Assembly (NCBI GenBank): GCA_965215605.1
Contig: OZ244070.1
Location: 3,808,001 to 3,872,000 of the forward strand
DNA length: 64,000 nt
Reading direction: 5' to 3'
DNA from: an uncultured Candidatus Binatia bacterium
GTDB lineage: Bacteria; Desulfobacterota; Binatia; UBA9968; JAJDTQ01
Shown: piece by piece, positions 8,121-18,642 of the stretch
Position numbering within the stretch: position 1 is the stretch's first letter
Layout: every line of letters starts with the position of its first letter
Notes under the pieces: model-generated
The model's input: only the letters and a program-made list of their open reading frames with translations
Databases searched by the model: none
What the model was told of the DNA's origin: nothing
Position numbers and translations under genes: made by a program

Positions 8121-10376
8121 TCACTTCTTCAACTCCCGCCATATCCGCTCCGGTGTCATGGGGAGGGTCTTCAGGCGCACCCCCACGGCGTTGTAAATGG
8201 CGTTGGCGATGGCAGGGGCGGCCGGGCCGAAGGGCAGTTCCCCGATGCCCTTCGCTCCATAGGGGCCTTCGGAGGGATCGCCCTCCAGGAACATGGGCTC
8301 AAAGCGCTTGGGCGTGGCGGCGAAGGTGGGGACCCGGTAATCCACGAAGTTGGGGTTCAACACCTGGCCGCCGTCCACCGACAGGTCCTCGTACAGAGCA
8401 TAGCCGATCCCCTGGGTGACGCCCCCCTCTATCTGGCCCTGGACCCCCAGGGGGTTGATGGCCTTGCCGACGTCGTGTACCGCCAGGTAGCGCAGCAGCT
8501 CCACCACGCCGGTCTCCATGTCCACCCGCACCTCGGCCAGGTGGCAGCAGGCGGCGATGACCGGGGCTGCGGCCTCGTAGTCGTTGGTGACGAAGCGGGT
8601 GGCGGCTTCGTCCACGAACGCGCCCTTGCCGATGATGAGCAGGCCCTGGCGGTCGTAGGCCTCCCGGACCACGTCATCGAAATCCACCTCGCCGCCGGGC
8701 TCCACCGTAGCGGCCACACGGTCGTTGCCGAATTCCAGCGTTTCGGGCGCCGCGCGCAGCATGCCGCCGGCCACCTCCGCCAGGCGCCGGCGCGCGTCGG
8801 CGGCGGCAGCGGCCACGGCGTTGCCGCATACGTAGGTGGTGCGGCTGGCCCAGGCGCCCAGGTCGAAGGGGATCACGTCGGTGTCGTTGTGGAAGATGCG
8901 GATGCGGTCCACGGACACGCCCAGCTCCTCGGCGGCGATCTGCGCCATCACCGTGCGGGTGCCGGTGCCGGTGTCGGCGATGGTGGCGATGATCGCCACG
9001 CTGCCGTCCCGGTCCACCTTGACGATGGCCTCGGTGGAGTTCTGCCGGTAGTAGCGCAGGCCCGCGCCGGTCTCGGACAGGACCGCCATGCCGATGCCGG
9101 TGCGCGTCGTGCCTTCGGCGCTTCCCTTGCCCGGCCGCATCACTTCGGTGGCGCGCTCCAGGCAGGCGCGTTCGCACGGGCGCCTCAGGTTCTCGGCGCG
9201 CATCGTCACCGGGTCCAGGTCCAGCCGCCGGGCCATGGTTTCCAGAATGGACTCGAAGGCGAAGGTCTCCTCGGCGTGCCCGAAGCCCCGGAAGGCGCCG
9301 CCGGGCGGCTTGTTGGTGTAGACGAGCCGGGCGTCCACCGAGGCGGCTGGGTGGTGGCGGTCGTAGCTCGAGAAGAAGGTCATGGTGATGAAGTTGATGG
9401 TGGAGATGCCCTTGTCGTTGTAGGCGCCGTTGTCGCCCAGCACCTCCAGATGCTTGGCGCGGATGACGCCGTCCTTCGTGCAGCCCAGCCTGAGCTTGAA
9501 GCGGTAGGCGTAGCGCGCGCCGGCGCAGCGGAACTCCTCGTCCCGGGTGTTGACGATGCGCACGGGCCGGCCGCCGGACTTGCGCGACAGGATCGCGGCA
9601 ATGGGCACCATCACGTTCATCACGAGCCGGGCGCCAAAGCCGCCGCCGGTCTCGGGTTGGATGACGCGCACGTGCCGCTGGGGAATCCCAAGGGCGCGGG
9701 CGGTCTCGGCCCGCAAGGTGTGCGGCGCCTGGGTCTGGTGCCACACGGTGAGCTGCCCGGTGGCGCCGTACTGGGCGATGCAGCCGCGGGTCTCCATGAC
9801 CGCGTGGGACTGGCGCGTGGTCTCGAACTCCTCTTCCAGCACCAGATCGCAGCCGGCGAACGCCGCCTCGACATCGCCCTCCGCCTTGTGCACCTCGTAG
9901 GCGAGGTTGCCGCCGTCGTGGACCGCGGGGGAATCCGGAGACAGGGCCGCGGCCACGTCCAGCACCGGCTCCAGAGGCTCGTACGACACCTCGACAAGGC
10001 GCGCGGCCTCCTCGGCGGTGGCTTCGTCCAGCGCCGCCACCGCGGCCACTTCGTCGCCCGCGTAGCGCACCGTGCGGCCGGGCGCACACAGCGGCGTCTT
10101 GTCCGCGAACTCTGGAACGAAGCTGAACCTGATGTCGGGCATGTCCCGCGCGGTAATGACCGAGACGACCCCGGGCAGCCGTTCCGCCGCCGAAGTGTCG
10201 ATGTCGAGGATCCGGGCGTGGGGCAGGGGACTCCGGCAGATCTTGCCGTAAAGCATTCCCGTGGCGTGCAGGTCCTCGAGGTAGCGGGCCTCGGCGGTGA
10301 CCTTGGCCGCCCCCTCCACCAAGGGCGTGGCCTGGCCGATGGTATGTAGCCCGCGGTGACCGTTCGACGTTCGCAT
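8121..10376 (-). CDS. Xanthine dehydrogenase family molybdopterin-binding (large) subunit
   Basis: GGGFG, AFRGFG, ASRTT, DVGKAINP...GQIEGGVTQGIG, GAKGIGE. Confidence 0.92.
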   Translation of the reverse strand: MRTSNGHRGLHTIGQATPLVEGAAKVTAEARYLEDLHATGMLYGKICRSPLPHARILDIDTSAAERLPGVVSVITARDMPDIRFSFVPEFADKTPLCAPGRTVRYAGDEVAAVAALDEATAEEAARLVEVSYEPLEPVLDVAAALSPDSPAVHDGGNLAYEVHKAEGDVEAAFAGCDLVLEEEFETTRQSHAVMETRGCIAQYGATGQLTVWHQTQAPHTLRAETARALGIPQRHVRVIQPETGGGFGARLVMNVMVPIAAILSRKSGGRPVRIVNTRDEEFRCAGARYAYRFKLRLGCTKDGVIRAKHLEVLGDNGAYNDKGISTINFITMTFFSSYDRHHPAASVDARLVYTNKPPGGAFRGFGHAEETFAFESILETMARRLDLDPVTMRAENLRRPCERACLERATEVMRPGKGSAEGTTRTGIGMAVLSETGAGLRYYRQNSTEAIVKVDRDGSVAIIATIADTGTGTRTVMAQIAAEELGVSVDRIRIFHNDTDVIPFDLGAWASRTTYVCGNAVAAAAADARRRLAEVAGGMLRAAPETLEFGNDRVAATVEPGGEVDFDDVVREAYDRQGLLIIGKGAFVDEAATRFVTNDYEAAAPVIAACCHLAEVRVDMETGVVELLRYLAVHDVGKAINPLGVQGQIEGGVTQGIGYALYEDLSVDGGQVLNPNFVDYRVPTFAATPKRFEPMFLEGDPSEGPYGAKGIGELPFGPAAPAIANAIYNAVGVRLKTLPMTPERIWRELKK

Positions 10377-10459
10377 GACGCGCGCATCTTATCACACCTG
10401 TCCGCCGGACAGGACACGGGAGCCGCAGAAAGTGGCCGGGAGCATTTCAAGAAACAGGG

Positions 10460-10489
10460 TTGCATTCCACACCGAAGGTGGAATAGGGT
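10460..10489 (+). promoter_or_regulatory. Candidate promoter/operator in the divergent intergenic region
   Basis: TTGCAT...TAGGGT with the inverted repeat ATTCCAC-N7-GTGGAAT (10464-10484) filling the spacer. Confidence 0.35.
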
Positions 10490-10614
10490 TACGGCTTTTG
10501 TTGCAGTGGTCTGACGGGCTGCGGGGACAGGGTCCGGCGCCCATCCTCGCCATCGTCCCGCGGCATCCCGCACGGGGACCCGCCCGGCAGTCGAGTTAAA
10601 CGGAGGTTACATTC

Positions 10615-12348
10615 ATGAGCGACAAGAAAGTCCTTAACCGGGACGCACGGCGCTACACGCTGCCGTCGGAGCGCGCCCTCGGAGCCGAAACCCACAGCTA
10701 CCTGCCGGAGTTGTGCGACCAACTCCGTACGCGCAAGATCGGCCGGCGCGATTTCCTGCGCCAGGCGGCGCTGCTGGGCATGACCGTGGGCGGCGCCTAC
10801 GCCATGGTCGACAAGCTCGTCGGCGGGTCGTTCACGCCCATCGTGGCGGCAGCAACCCCGAAACCCGGCGGCACCTTGCGGGTGTCCATGCGCATACAGG
10901 AAGTGACCGATCCGGCGACCTTCGACTGGACCGAGAAATCCAACGTCGCGCGCTTCATCGTGGAGCACCTGACCCGGACCCGGGCGGACAACGTGACGGT
11001 TCCCTACCTCGCCAAGAGCTGGGAGGCGTCGGACGACCTCAAGTCCTGGGTGTTTCACCTCCGGGACGACGTGACTTGGTCCAACGGCGACAAGTTCACC
11101 TCCACGGACGTGGCGCACACCGTGAACCGGTGGCTGGACCCCAAGACCGGCTCCTCCAACCTGGGGCTGTTCGCCGCCATGGTGGAGACCGTCAAGGGAG
11201 CCGATGGGAAGGAGACCAAGCGGGGCATTGCGGGCGCCGTGGAGGTCATCGACGACCACACCATCAAGTTCAATCTGAGGCAGCCCGCCCTGGCCATGCC
11301 GGAAAATTTCTACAACTACCCGGCCGCCATCGTCCATCGCGGTTTCGGCAAGGACTACCCCGCCGACCTGTCCAGGAATCCCATCGGCACCGGTCCGATG
11401 AAGCTGGAGTCCTTCGCCGTCGGCGAGAGGGCCATTCTCAAGAAGGCGCGGGATTGGTGGGCCGGGCCGTTCTACCTGGATGAGATCCAGTATTTCGACC
11501 ATGGCGAGGATACCAATGCGTGGATCGCGGCGCTGGCGTCACAACAGGTGGACATGGTCTTCCGATTGCCCAACAACGCCATCGAGACGGTCAAGCGCCT
11601 GCCCTTCGTGGACCTTCACGAGGCGACCACGGCGCAGACCGCGGTCATGCGGTTCCGCATCACGGAGAAACCCTTCGACAACCTCAAGCTGCGTCAGGCC
11701 ATCGCCGCGTGCATGGACCAAAAAGAACTCCTGGACAAGGCGTTCAAGGGCCTCGGTCAGGTGGCGGAGAATCACCACGTCTGCCCCATCCATCCCGACT
11801 ACGCGGCGCTGCCCCCGCTCAAGCGGGATATCGAAAAGGCCAAGAAGCTCCTGGCCGAAGCCGGCTACAAGGACGGCATCACCGTCGAAATCGCCAACGG
11901 CGATACCGAAGGGCCGTGGATGACCGACGTTTGCGCCATCTTCAAGAATCAGCTCGCGCCCGCGGGCATCAACCTCAAGATCAACAAGATGCCCGACAGC
12001 CAGTACCGGGAGGTATGGGACAAGGCGCCCTGGGGCTACACCGCGTGGACGCACCGCCCCCTCGGCACCATGGTTCTCGGTCTGGCCTACCGCTCCGGCG
12101 TGCCATGGAACGAGACCGCCTACAACAACCCCGGGTTCGACGCCGCCCTCGACGACGCCGAGGCCACCCTCGATGTCAACGAACGCAAGAAGAAGATGGC
12201 CGTGTGCGAGAAGATCCTCCAGGACGACGCCATCATCCCGCAGCCCTTCTGGCGCTCGGTCTTCAAGGCGGCCAACAAGCGGGTCAAGGGGCATCAGACG
12301 CATCCCACGCTGTACCACCAGTTTCAGAACGTCTGGCTGGAGGGTTGA
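10615..12348 (+). CDS. Peptide/nickel (family 5) ABC substrate-binding protein with Tat signal
   Basis: GRRDFLRQAALLG twin-arginine motif, LAKSWEASDD...FHLRDDVTWSNG, PIGTGP. Confidence 0.92.
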   Translation: MSDKKVLNRDARRYTLPSERALGAETHSYLPELCDQLRTRKIGRRDFLRQAALLGMTVGGAYAMVDKLVGGSFTPIVAAATPKPGGTLRVSMRIQEVTDPATFDWTEKSNVARFIVEHLTRTRADNVTVPYLAKSWEASDDLKSWVFHLRDDVTWSNGDKFTSTDVAHTVNRWLDPKTGSSNLGLFAAMVETVKGADGKETKRGIAGAVEVIDDHTIKFNLRQPALAMPENFYNYPAAIVHRGFGKDYPADLSRNPIGTGPMKLESFAVGERAILKKARDWWAGPFYLDEIQYFDHGEDTNAWIAALASQQVDMVFRLPNNAIETVKRLPFVDLHEATTAQTAVMRFRITEKPFDNLKLRQAIAACMDQKELLDKAFKGLGQVAENHHVCPIHPDYAALPPLKRDIEKAKKLLAEAGYKDGITVEIANGDTEGPWMTDVCAIFKNQLAPAGINLKINKMPDSQYREVWDKAPWGYTAWTHRPLGTMVLGLAYRSGVPWNETAYNNPGFDAALDDAEATLDVNERKKKMAVCEKILQDDAIIPQPFWRSVFKAANKRVKGHQTHPTLYHQFQNVWLEG

Positions 12349-12371
12349 GAGTCTACGCTGCGACGGATCCT

Positions 12372-12472
12372 GCAGGGGTGACCGGCCGGTCGCCCCTGCC
12401 CGCGCCCTCGGATACGGGGGATCGCCGGAAGCAGGGGAATGGCTGCAGGGGCGGTCGACGGGCCGCCCCCGC
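12372..12472. repeat. Two REP-like palindromes after the SBP gene
   Basis: GCAGGGGTGACCGGCCGGTCGCCCCTGC (12372-12399) and GCAGGGGCGGTCGACGGGCCGCCCCCGC (12445-12472), resembling GTAG-type REPs. Confidence 0.6.
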
Positions 12473-12534
12473 TTGTGCGCCCCTCGCGGCTGGCCGGGAT
12501 CGCGCGCGCGAACCGCGAGCATCGGAGACTTGAA

Positions 12535-13467
12535 ATGTCACAACTGATTCTGCGGCGCGTCGGCATGATGATCCTCATCATGCTCACGGTCTCGCTGCTT
12601 CTGTTTCTCATGAACGAGGGCGACCCGCGGTTGATCGCCCGCAGCGTTCTCGGGCCCTACGCTCAGGACCTGCAACTCGACGCCTGGATCGCGGAGCATG
12701 GCTACGACCGGCCGATCATGGTCCGCTATGTCGATTGGGTCGGGCGGGTGCTGTCCGGCGACCTCGGTCACTCCATCATCTACAAACGGCCGGTGAACGA
12801 GTTCTTCTGGGACCGGCTTGGCAATACCGGGATCCTCGCCGGCATCACGTTTGTCGTCATGGTGGTGGTGGCCCTGACCCTCGGGGTTCTGGCGGGCATG
12901 AAGGAAGGCTCGGCTCAGGATCGGGTCATCTCGGTCTTCTCCATCACCACGACCTCGATCCCGGAATACGCCAGCGCGGTGCTGTTGGCCTGGATCTTCG
13001 TTTTCGGGCTGGGCTGGCTTCCGGGGACTTCGTCCATGACCGGAGGGTTCAATTTCGTCGAGTTGATCCTGCCCGTGATGGTGCTGACACTGTACGGTTT
13101 CGGCTACGTGGCGCGCATGACGCGCGCGTCCATGGCGGAGGTGATGACCAACCCCTACATCCGCACGGCCATGCTCAAGGGGCTGCCCTACCGGCATATC
13201 ATCATGAAGCACGCCCTGCGCAACGCCCTGATCGCGCCGTTCACAGTCATCATGCTGCAGATCAACTGGCTCTTGTCCGGCGTGGTGGTGACGGAGTTCG
13301 CCTTCGGCTACAAGGGCTTCGGCGCGCTGCTGCTGGAGGCGGCGCTGCGGCGCGACATCTTCGTCATCGAGGCCTGTGGCCTGGCGGCGGTGTTCGTGGC
13401 GGTCTTTACCCAGACCATCGGCGATGTCGGGTACACCTACCTGAACCCGCGAATCCGGTTCAAGTGA
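12535..13467 (+). CDS. Peptide ABC transporter permease (DppB/OppB-like)
   Basis: GDLGHS, YIRTAMLKGL...KHALRNA; RBS GGAG before MSQL. Confidence 0.92.
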   Translation: MSQLILRRVGMMILIMLTVSLLLFLMNEGDPRLIARSVLGPYAQDLQLDAWIAEHGYDRPIMVRYVDWVGRVLSGDLGHSIIYKRPVNEFFWDRLGNTGILAGITFVVMVVVALTLGVLAGMKEGSAQDRVISVFSITTTSIPEYASAVLLAWIFVFGLGWLPGTSSMTGGFNFVELILPVMVLTLYGFGYVARMTRASMAEVMTNPYIRTAMLKGLPYRHIIMKHALRNALIAPFTVIMLQINWLLSGVVVTEFAFGYKGFGALLLEAALRRDIFVIEACGLAAVFVAVFTQTIGDVGYTYLNPRIRFK

Positions 13468-13477
13468 GGAGGGGAAC

Positions 13478-14371
13478 ATGGCCACGAATACCGAAAATGC
13501 GCCTCTCGTAAGACCGGATTCGAGCATCGTGAACGTCTTCAAGGCCGTGGCTCTTCTGCGCGAGAGCCCGGTGGGTCTCATCGGCGCGCTCATCGTCCTG
13601 CTGTTCATCCTGCTCGCGATCTTCGCGCCGCTGGTGTCGCCCTTCGATCCCAACGCCACCATGCTGCCCTTTGCCTTCCCGGGAACCGCCGCTCCGGACG
13701 GCGGCGTATTCCTCTTGGGGACCGACCATCTTGGCCGGGACATCCTTTCCCGCATCATCTGGGGCGGGCAGCGGGTTCTGTTCTACGCCACGGCGGCCAC
13801 GGTGTCGGCCTACATCGTCGGCATCATCATGGGTCTGGCGGCCGGCTATTTCCGCGGCTACCTGGACGAAATCATCTCGTTCTTCGCCAACGTGATCCTG
13901 TCGTTTCCCATCATGGTGCTGTACGTGCTGATCATCGCCAAGCTGGGCGCGTCCGGACTCAACATCATCTTCGCGGTGGTGTTCGCGTCGTCGCCGGGCA
14001 TCATGCGCATCGTGCGCGGTGTCACCATGGACATCGCCACCCGCGACTACATCGCCGCCTCGCAGACTCGCGGCGAGGGTCCCTGGTACATCATGCTGGT
14101 GGAGATTCTGCCCAACGCGCGCAGTCCGCTCATTGTCGATTTCTGCCTGCGCATGGGCTACACGACCATCACCATCGGCGCCCTCGGCTTCCTGGGCCTG
14201 GGACTGCCGCCGCCGGATCCCGACTGGGGCGGCATGATCACCGAGACCCGCGCCTTCGTCACCGGCGGCTTCCCGCACATGGCCATCATGCCGGCGTGCG
14301 CGGTGTCGCTGCTGGTGCTGGGCTTCAATCTGCTGGCCGACGGGCTGCGGGAAGTATCGCTGAGGGACTGA
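13478..14371 (+). CDS. Peptide ABC transporter permease (DppC/OppC-like)
   Basis: LGTDHLGRDILSR, EILPN, LGFLGLGLPPPDPDWG, FNLLADGLR. Confidence 0.93.
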   Translation: MATNTENAPLVRPDSSIVNVFKAVALLRESPVGLIGALIVLLFILLAIFAPLVSPFDPNATMLPFAFPGTAAPDGGVFLLGTDHLGRDILSRIIWGGQRVLFYATAATVSAYIVGIIMGLAAGYFRGYLDEIISFFANVILSFPIMVLYVLIIAKLGASGLNIIFAVVFASSPGIMRIVRGVTMDIATRDYIAASQTRGEGPWYIMLVEILPNARSPLIVDFCLRMGYTTITIGALGFLGLGLPPPDPDWGGMITETRAFVTGGFPHMAIMPACAVSLLVLGFNLLADGLREVSLRD

Positions 14372-14464
14372 TCGGGGGGGCTCGAGCTGGCGCGCCCGTC
14401 GACGGACTCAGGACAGGCGCCGTGCAGCGAAGGACGCCAACTCGGCACGACTTGGAGACACGCA

Positions 14465-16579
14465 ATGGCTGATCACAACGGCAGCGGCGAGACGCCGGTC
14501 CTGGAGATTTCGGGCCTGCGGCTGAGCTACTACACGCGCGCCGGGGAGATTCCGGCGGTGATGGACTTCGACCTTACCATCGCCAAGGGCGAATCCGTGG
14601 GGCTGGTGGGCGAATCCGGGTGCGGCAAGTCCACGGTGGCCAACGGCATCATGCGCTACATGGGCAAGAACGGCGGCATCGTCGGCGGCACCATCAAGTT
14701 CCAGGGCCGGGACATGGCGGAATTGACCGAGGAGGAGGTCCGGCGAGTGCGCGGCAGGGACATCGCCATGATCTACCAGGAGCCCATGGCCGCGCTCAAT
14801 CCCAGCCTGACCATCGCCGCCCAGCTCATGGAAGTGCCCATGATCCACGAGGGCGTGAGCGAGGAAGAGGCCTTCCAGCGCTCCTTCGACATGCTGGCGG
14901 CCGTGAACATCCCGGATCCCAAGCGCCTGATGGACTCCTACCCGCACCAGGTCTCCGGCGGCCAGCAGCAGCGGGTGGTCATCGCCATGGCGCTGTTGTC
15001 GCGGCCGGCGCTGCTATTGCTGGACGAGCCCACCACCGCCCTTGACGTCACGGTGGAGGCGGGGATCGTGGAGCTGATCGCCGAGTTGAGCAAGGAATCC
15101 GGCGCGTCACTGCTCTACATCTCCCACAACCTCGGCTTGATGCTGGAGGTCTGCGACCGGATCTGCGTCATGTACTCCGGCGAGGTGGTGGAGGAGGGGC
15201 ATATCGATTCGATCTTCTCATGGCCGAAACACCCCTACACTCACGGACTGTTCGGCTGCATCCCGCTGCCCCACGCCGACAAGAACGCGCGCCCGCTGAG
15301 CGCCATCAAGGGACAGCTTCCGTTGCCGCACCAGCGGCCCAAGGGCTGCTACTTCGGACCACGTTGCGAGTTCTTCGAGGCCGGGCGTTGCGACAGCGAC
15401 CACATTCCCATGGAGGGCGTGCACACCGACGACGACCCGGCGCACCGGGTGCGGTGCCTGCGCTGGAACGAGATCGACCACGACGAGGCCGTGAAGAACG
15501 AGATCACGCGCGAACCCATCGAGGTGGGCGACACGGTCCTCGAGGTCGACAACATGCGCAAGTACTACGACGTCAAGGAAAGCACGCTGGCGACGCTCAT
15601 CTCCCGGGAATCCGTGCGTCAGGTGAAGGCCAACGAGAGCATCAGCTTCGACGCCGGGGAAGGGGAGACCGTGGCCATCGTCGGCGAGTCGGGCTGCGGC
15701 AAATCCACCTTCGCCAAGGTCCTGATGGGCCTGGAAACGGCCACCGACGGCGAGGTGCGGCTCGACGGGACCGACTTGGGCAGCATCGGGGTCCAGAAAC
15801 GCACCCCGGAGCAGCTTGCGTCGCTGCAGATGGTGTTCCAGAACCCCAACGACACGCTCAACCCGTCCCACTCCGTCGGCTACCAGATCGGCCGGGTCAT
15901 CAAGCGCTTCGGCATCGAGTCCGACCCGGCCAGGATCCAGGATCGGGTCCACAAGCTGCTGGACACGGTGAAGCTGCCCCGGGCCTTCGCCGCCCGCAAG
16001 CCGCGCCAGCTATCCGGCGGACAGAAACAACGGGTGGGCATCGCCCGGGCCTTCGCCGGCAATCCGAAGACCGTCATTGCGGATGAGCCCATCTCCGCGC
16101 TGGATGTTTCGGTGGCGGCGGCGGTGACCGAGTTGCTGATGGACATCCAACGCGAGCACCGCACCACGCTGCTGTTCATCAGCCACGACCTGGCCGCGGT
16201 GCGCTACCTCGCCGACCGCGTGGTGGTCATGTACCTGGGACAGATCATGGAGAGGGGGACCACCGAGGAAGTCTTCGCGCCGCCGTACCATCCCTATACC
16301 GAGGCGTTGCTCTCGGCGGTGCCCATCGCCGACCCGGAGGTGGAGAAGCGCCGCATCGTGCTGGAAGGCAATCTGCCGAGCCCTCTCGATCCGCCCAAGG
16401 GATGCCCGTTCTCGACGCGGTGCCAGCGGAAGGTCGGGAGCATCTGCGATGACGAGCCGCCGCCGGTACAGCTCGACACCGACGGCCATTCCATCGCCTG
16501 CCACATCCCCTTGGACGAACTGCGGGAGGTGGAGCCGGTCATCACCATCCCGGATCGGGATCTCGAGACGACCACCTGA
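14465..16579 (+). CDS. Fused DppD/DppF-like double ABC ATPase
   Basis: Two GESGCGKST Walker A motifs, two signatures and two Cys-rich oligopeptide C-terminal domains (GCYFGPRC; GCPFSTRC). Confidence 0.93.
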   Translation: MADHNGSGETPVLEISGLRLSYYTRAGEIPAVMDFDLTIAKGESVGLVGESGCGKSTVANGIMRYMGKNGGIVGGTIKFQGRDMAELTEEEVRRVRGRDIAMIYQEPMAALNPSLTIAAQLMEVPMIHEGVSEEEAFQRSFDMLAAVNIPDPKRLMDSYPHQVSGGQQQRVVIAMALLSRPALLLLDEPTTALDVTVEAGIVELIAELSKESGASLLYISHNLGLMLEVCDRICVMYSGEVVEEGHIDSIFSWPKHPYTHGLFGCIPLPHADKNARPLSAIKGQLPLPHQRPKGCYFGPRCEFFEAGRCDSDHIPMEGVHTDDDPAHRVRCLRWNEIDHDEAVKNEITREPIEVGDTVLEVDNMRKYYDVKESTLATLISRESVRQVKANESISFDAGEGETVAIVGESGCGKSTFAKVLMGLETATDGEVRLDGTDLGSIGVQKRTPEQLASLQMVFQNPNDTLNPSHSVGYQIGRVIKRFGIESDPARIQDRVHKLLDTVKLPRAFAARKPRQLSGGQKQRVGIARAFAGNPKTVIADEPISALDVSVAAAVTELLMDIQREHRTTLLFISHDLAAVRYLADRVVVMYLGQIMERGTTEEVFAPPYHPYTEALLSAVPIADPEVEKRRIVLEGNLPSPLDPPKGCPFSTRCQRKVGSICDDEPPPVQLDTDGHSIACHIPLDELREVEPVITIPDRDLETTT

Positions 16580-16666
16580 AACCGGACGATTTCCATCCGG
16601 GACCGAAGGTGGTAGTTTTGCCGTGTCGAAAGCATGTGCACGAAAACACCGTCAAGGGAGAAGAAC

Positions 16667-17689
16667 ATGGGGAAAATCGACTCGGCATTCAAGGTCATCG
16701 ACGCTGACGCCCACGCACGGGACAACGACGAGTTCGTCAAGCCGTTCCTCGGCGAGGCCTTTCAGAACCGCCGGCCGCCGTTCATTCCGAGAGAGACCTA
16801 CGACCGCAACCTCGGCGGCACCTTGGGGCACGCGGGCATCAAGCACGAGGAACGGCTCTCCGCCATGGACACCCAGGAGATCCATACCGCGGTCATGTAC
16901 CCCACCAGCGGGCTGGGCATCGGCCGCATCCGCGAACCCGGCTACCAGACCCAGTTGTGCCGCGCCTACAACGAGTTCATCGCCGACTACTGCAAGGCTT
17001 CGCCGCGACTCAAGGCCGTGGCGAACCTGCCGGTCAACGCTCCGGAGGCGGCGGCCGGGGAGTTGCGCTACGCGGTCACCGAGCTGGGACTGGTGGGAGG
17101 CATGCTGGCGGCCCAGGGGCATGGAAAGAACTTCGGCTCACCGGAGTATTTTCCGCTCTACGAGGAAGCGCAGAAGATCGGGACGCCGCTGGCGATCCAC
17201 GCCTTCGGCGGCGACGAGCCCGGCAGCGAGATCTTCGACCAGTTCATCGCCATCCACACCACCGGCCACCCGTTTCCGGTATTGCGCCAGCTCACGGGCA
17301 TGGTCTTCGCCGGCGTTCCGGAGCTGTTTCCCGACCTGAAGCTCGGCTTTCTCGAGATCGGCTGCGGCTGGATCCCCTACTGGTCGGACCGGATGGACGA
17401 GGAGTGGGAAAAACGCGGCGCCGTGGAAGCCCCCGAGTGCAAGCAGGAGCCCAGCCACTACATCACCAGCAAGAACGTGTACTACGGCTGCGAGCCTGAC
17501 GAGAAGACCATCGGCTACGTGGTGGGGGAGATCGGCTCCGAGACCATCATGTATGCGTCGGACTATCCTCATTGGGACATGAGCTGGCCGGAATCGGGCT
17601 CGTTGATCTGGTCGCGGGACGACCTCTCGCGGGAGGCCAAGCAGAACATCCTGGGAGACAACGCCCGGCGCTTCTACGGACTCGACTGA
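16667..17689 (+). CDS. Amidohydrolase_2 family protein (ACMSD/LigJ-like)
   Basis: IDADAH, LAIH, FLEIGCGWIP, MYASDYPHWD, ILGDNARRFY. Confidence 0.88.
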   Translation: MGKIDSAFKVIDADAHARDNDEFVKPFLGEAFQNRRPPFIPRETYDRNLGGTLGHAGIKHEERLSAMDTQEIHTAVMYPTSGLGIGRIREPGYQTQLCRAYNEFIADYCKASPRLKAVANLPVNAPEAAAGELRYAVTELGLVGGMLAAQGHGKNFGSPEYFPLYEEAQKIGTPLAIHAFGGDEPGSEIFDQFIAIHTTGHPFPVLRQLTGMVFAGVPELFPDLKLGFLEIGCGWIPYWSDRMDEEWEKRGAVEAPECKQEPSHYITSKNVYYGCEPDEKTIGYVVGEIGSETIMYASDYPHWDMSWPESGSLIWSRDDLSREAKQNILGDNARRFYGLD

Positions 17690-17854
17690 GGGTCCGCCCC
17701 CAGGCGCCGGAGCGTCGCACCGGTTGCCATCCGTCCGGCTTTCAAGTAACTAGTTTGACTTCGTTGGAGGAAGCCCGCCCGTTCCCGCCGGTGCCGCATG
17801 CGGCACCGGGAAGCGGTGGCCTTCAACGAAAATACACGTGTTTCAGGAGTTTCG

Positions 17855-18604
17855 ATGCCTCTTTCCGGCGATGCTTTTGTACAGGAGATTCACGACACGG
17901 TTCGCGCCAAGCACTCCAAGGACAACCCTCTGATCGGGATGATCGAAAGGGGCGAGATCGACCGGGAGGCGCTCAAGGGATTCGTGGGGCAGTTCTATCT
18001 TTTCTTCCCCAAGCCCTTTCCCAAGCCCATCGCGGCCATGCTGGGACGCTGTCCCGAGGACGCCGAGCTGGAGCGGATGTGGATCGAGAACGTGGTGGAG
18101 GAGGGTACCGGGGAGATCTCCGGCACCGACAGCCACCGCGGCCTCTTCATCCGTTTCGCCATGAGCTGCGGCTACGCTTCCAAGGAGGAGTTGGACGCGG
18201 TACAGGCCCTGCCCGAGACCTCGGCGTTCCTCGACTGGCGCGATCTGCTCATGTACCAACGCTCGTGGCTGGAGCTCTACGCCTGCCAGGGGTTCTGCCT
18301 TGAAGGCACCGCCAGCGAGCGCATGAGCCGCATCGTCACCGGACTGACCACGCACTACGGCTTCGACCGGGAAAGCGACGACATCCGCTACTGGACGCTG
18401 CACATGGGCGTGGACGAAGAGCACATGAAGGTGGGCCCGTTGGCCGTGAGCAGATACGCGGTCACCGACCAGCAGCAGGACCAGGTGCGCCAGTCGGTGC
18501 AGAAGACCCTGGACCAGTTCTGGCTGGCTTTCGACGGCATCAAGAGAGCCTTCGTCGACAAGGACCCCATCTACGCCGGTTGGCGCAACGGGGGCGCGGC
18601 CTGA
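17855..18604 (+). CDS. Heme-oxygenase-like diiron oxidase (PqqC/CADD/TenA superfamily)
   Basis: ENVVEE...SH, LEG, YWTLHMGVDEEH supply the E/H/E/H-xxx-D-xx-H diiron ligand set; RBS AGGAG. Confidence 0.8.
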   Translation: MPLSGDAFVQEIHDTVRAKHSKDNPLIGMIERGEIDREALKGFVGQFYLFFPKPFPKPIAAMLGRCPEDAELERMWIENVVEEGTGEISGTDSHRGLFIRFAMSCGYASKEELDAVQALPETSAFLDWRDLLMYQRSWLELYACQGFCLEGTASERMSRIVTGLTTHYGFDRESDDIRYWTLHMGVDEEHMKVGPLAVSRYAVTDQQQDQVRQSVQKTLDQFWLAFDGIKRAFVDKDPIYAGWRNGGAA

Positions 18605-18642
18605 GCCGGCGGCAGGCGCCCAACCCCTCAGGAAACACGACC

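Noticed and set aside
5708-10349. Long + strand ORFs 5708..7789 (693 aa) and 7647..10349 (900 aa)
   Set aside because: They lie opposite UbiD, LLM and XDH genes, show no motifs, and are typical high-GC antisense frames.
17855-18604. Calling the diiron protein PqqC, CADD or TenA
   Set aside because: No pqq, folate or thiamine context, and family-specific residues were not recognised.
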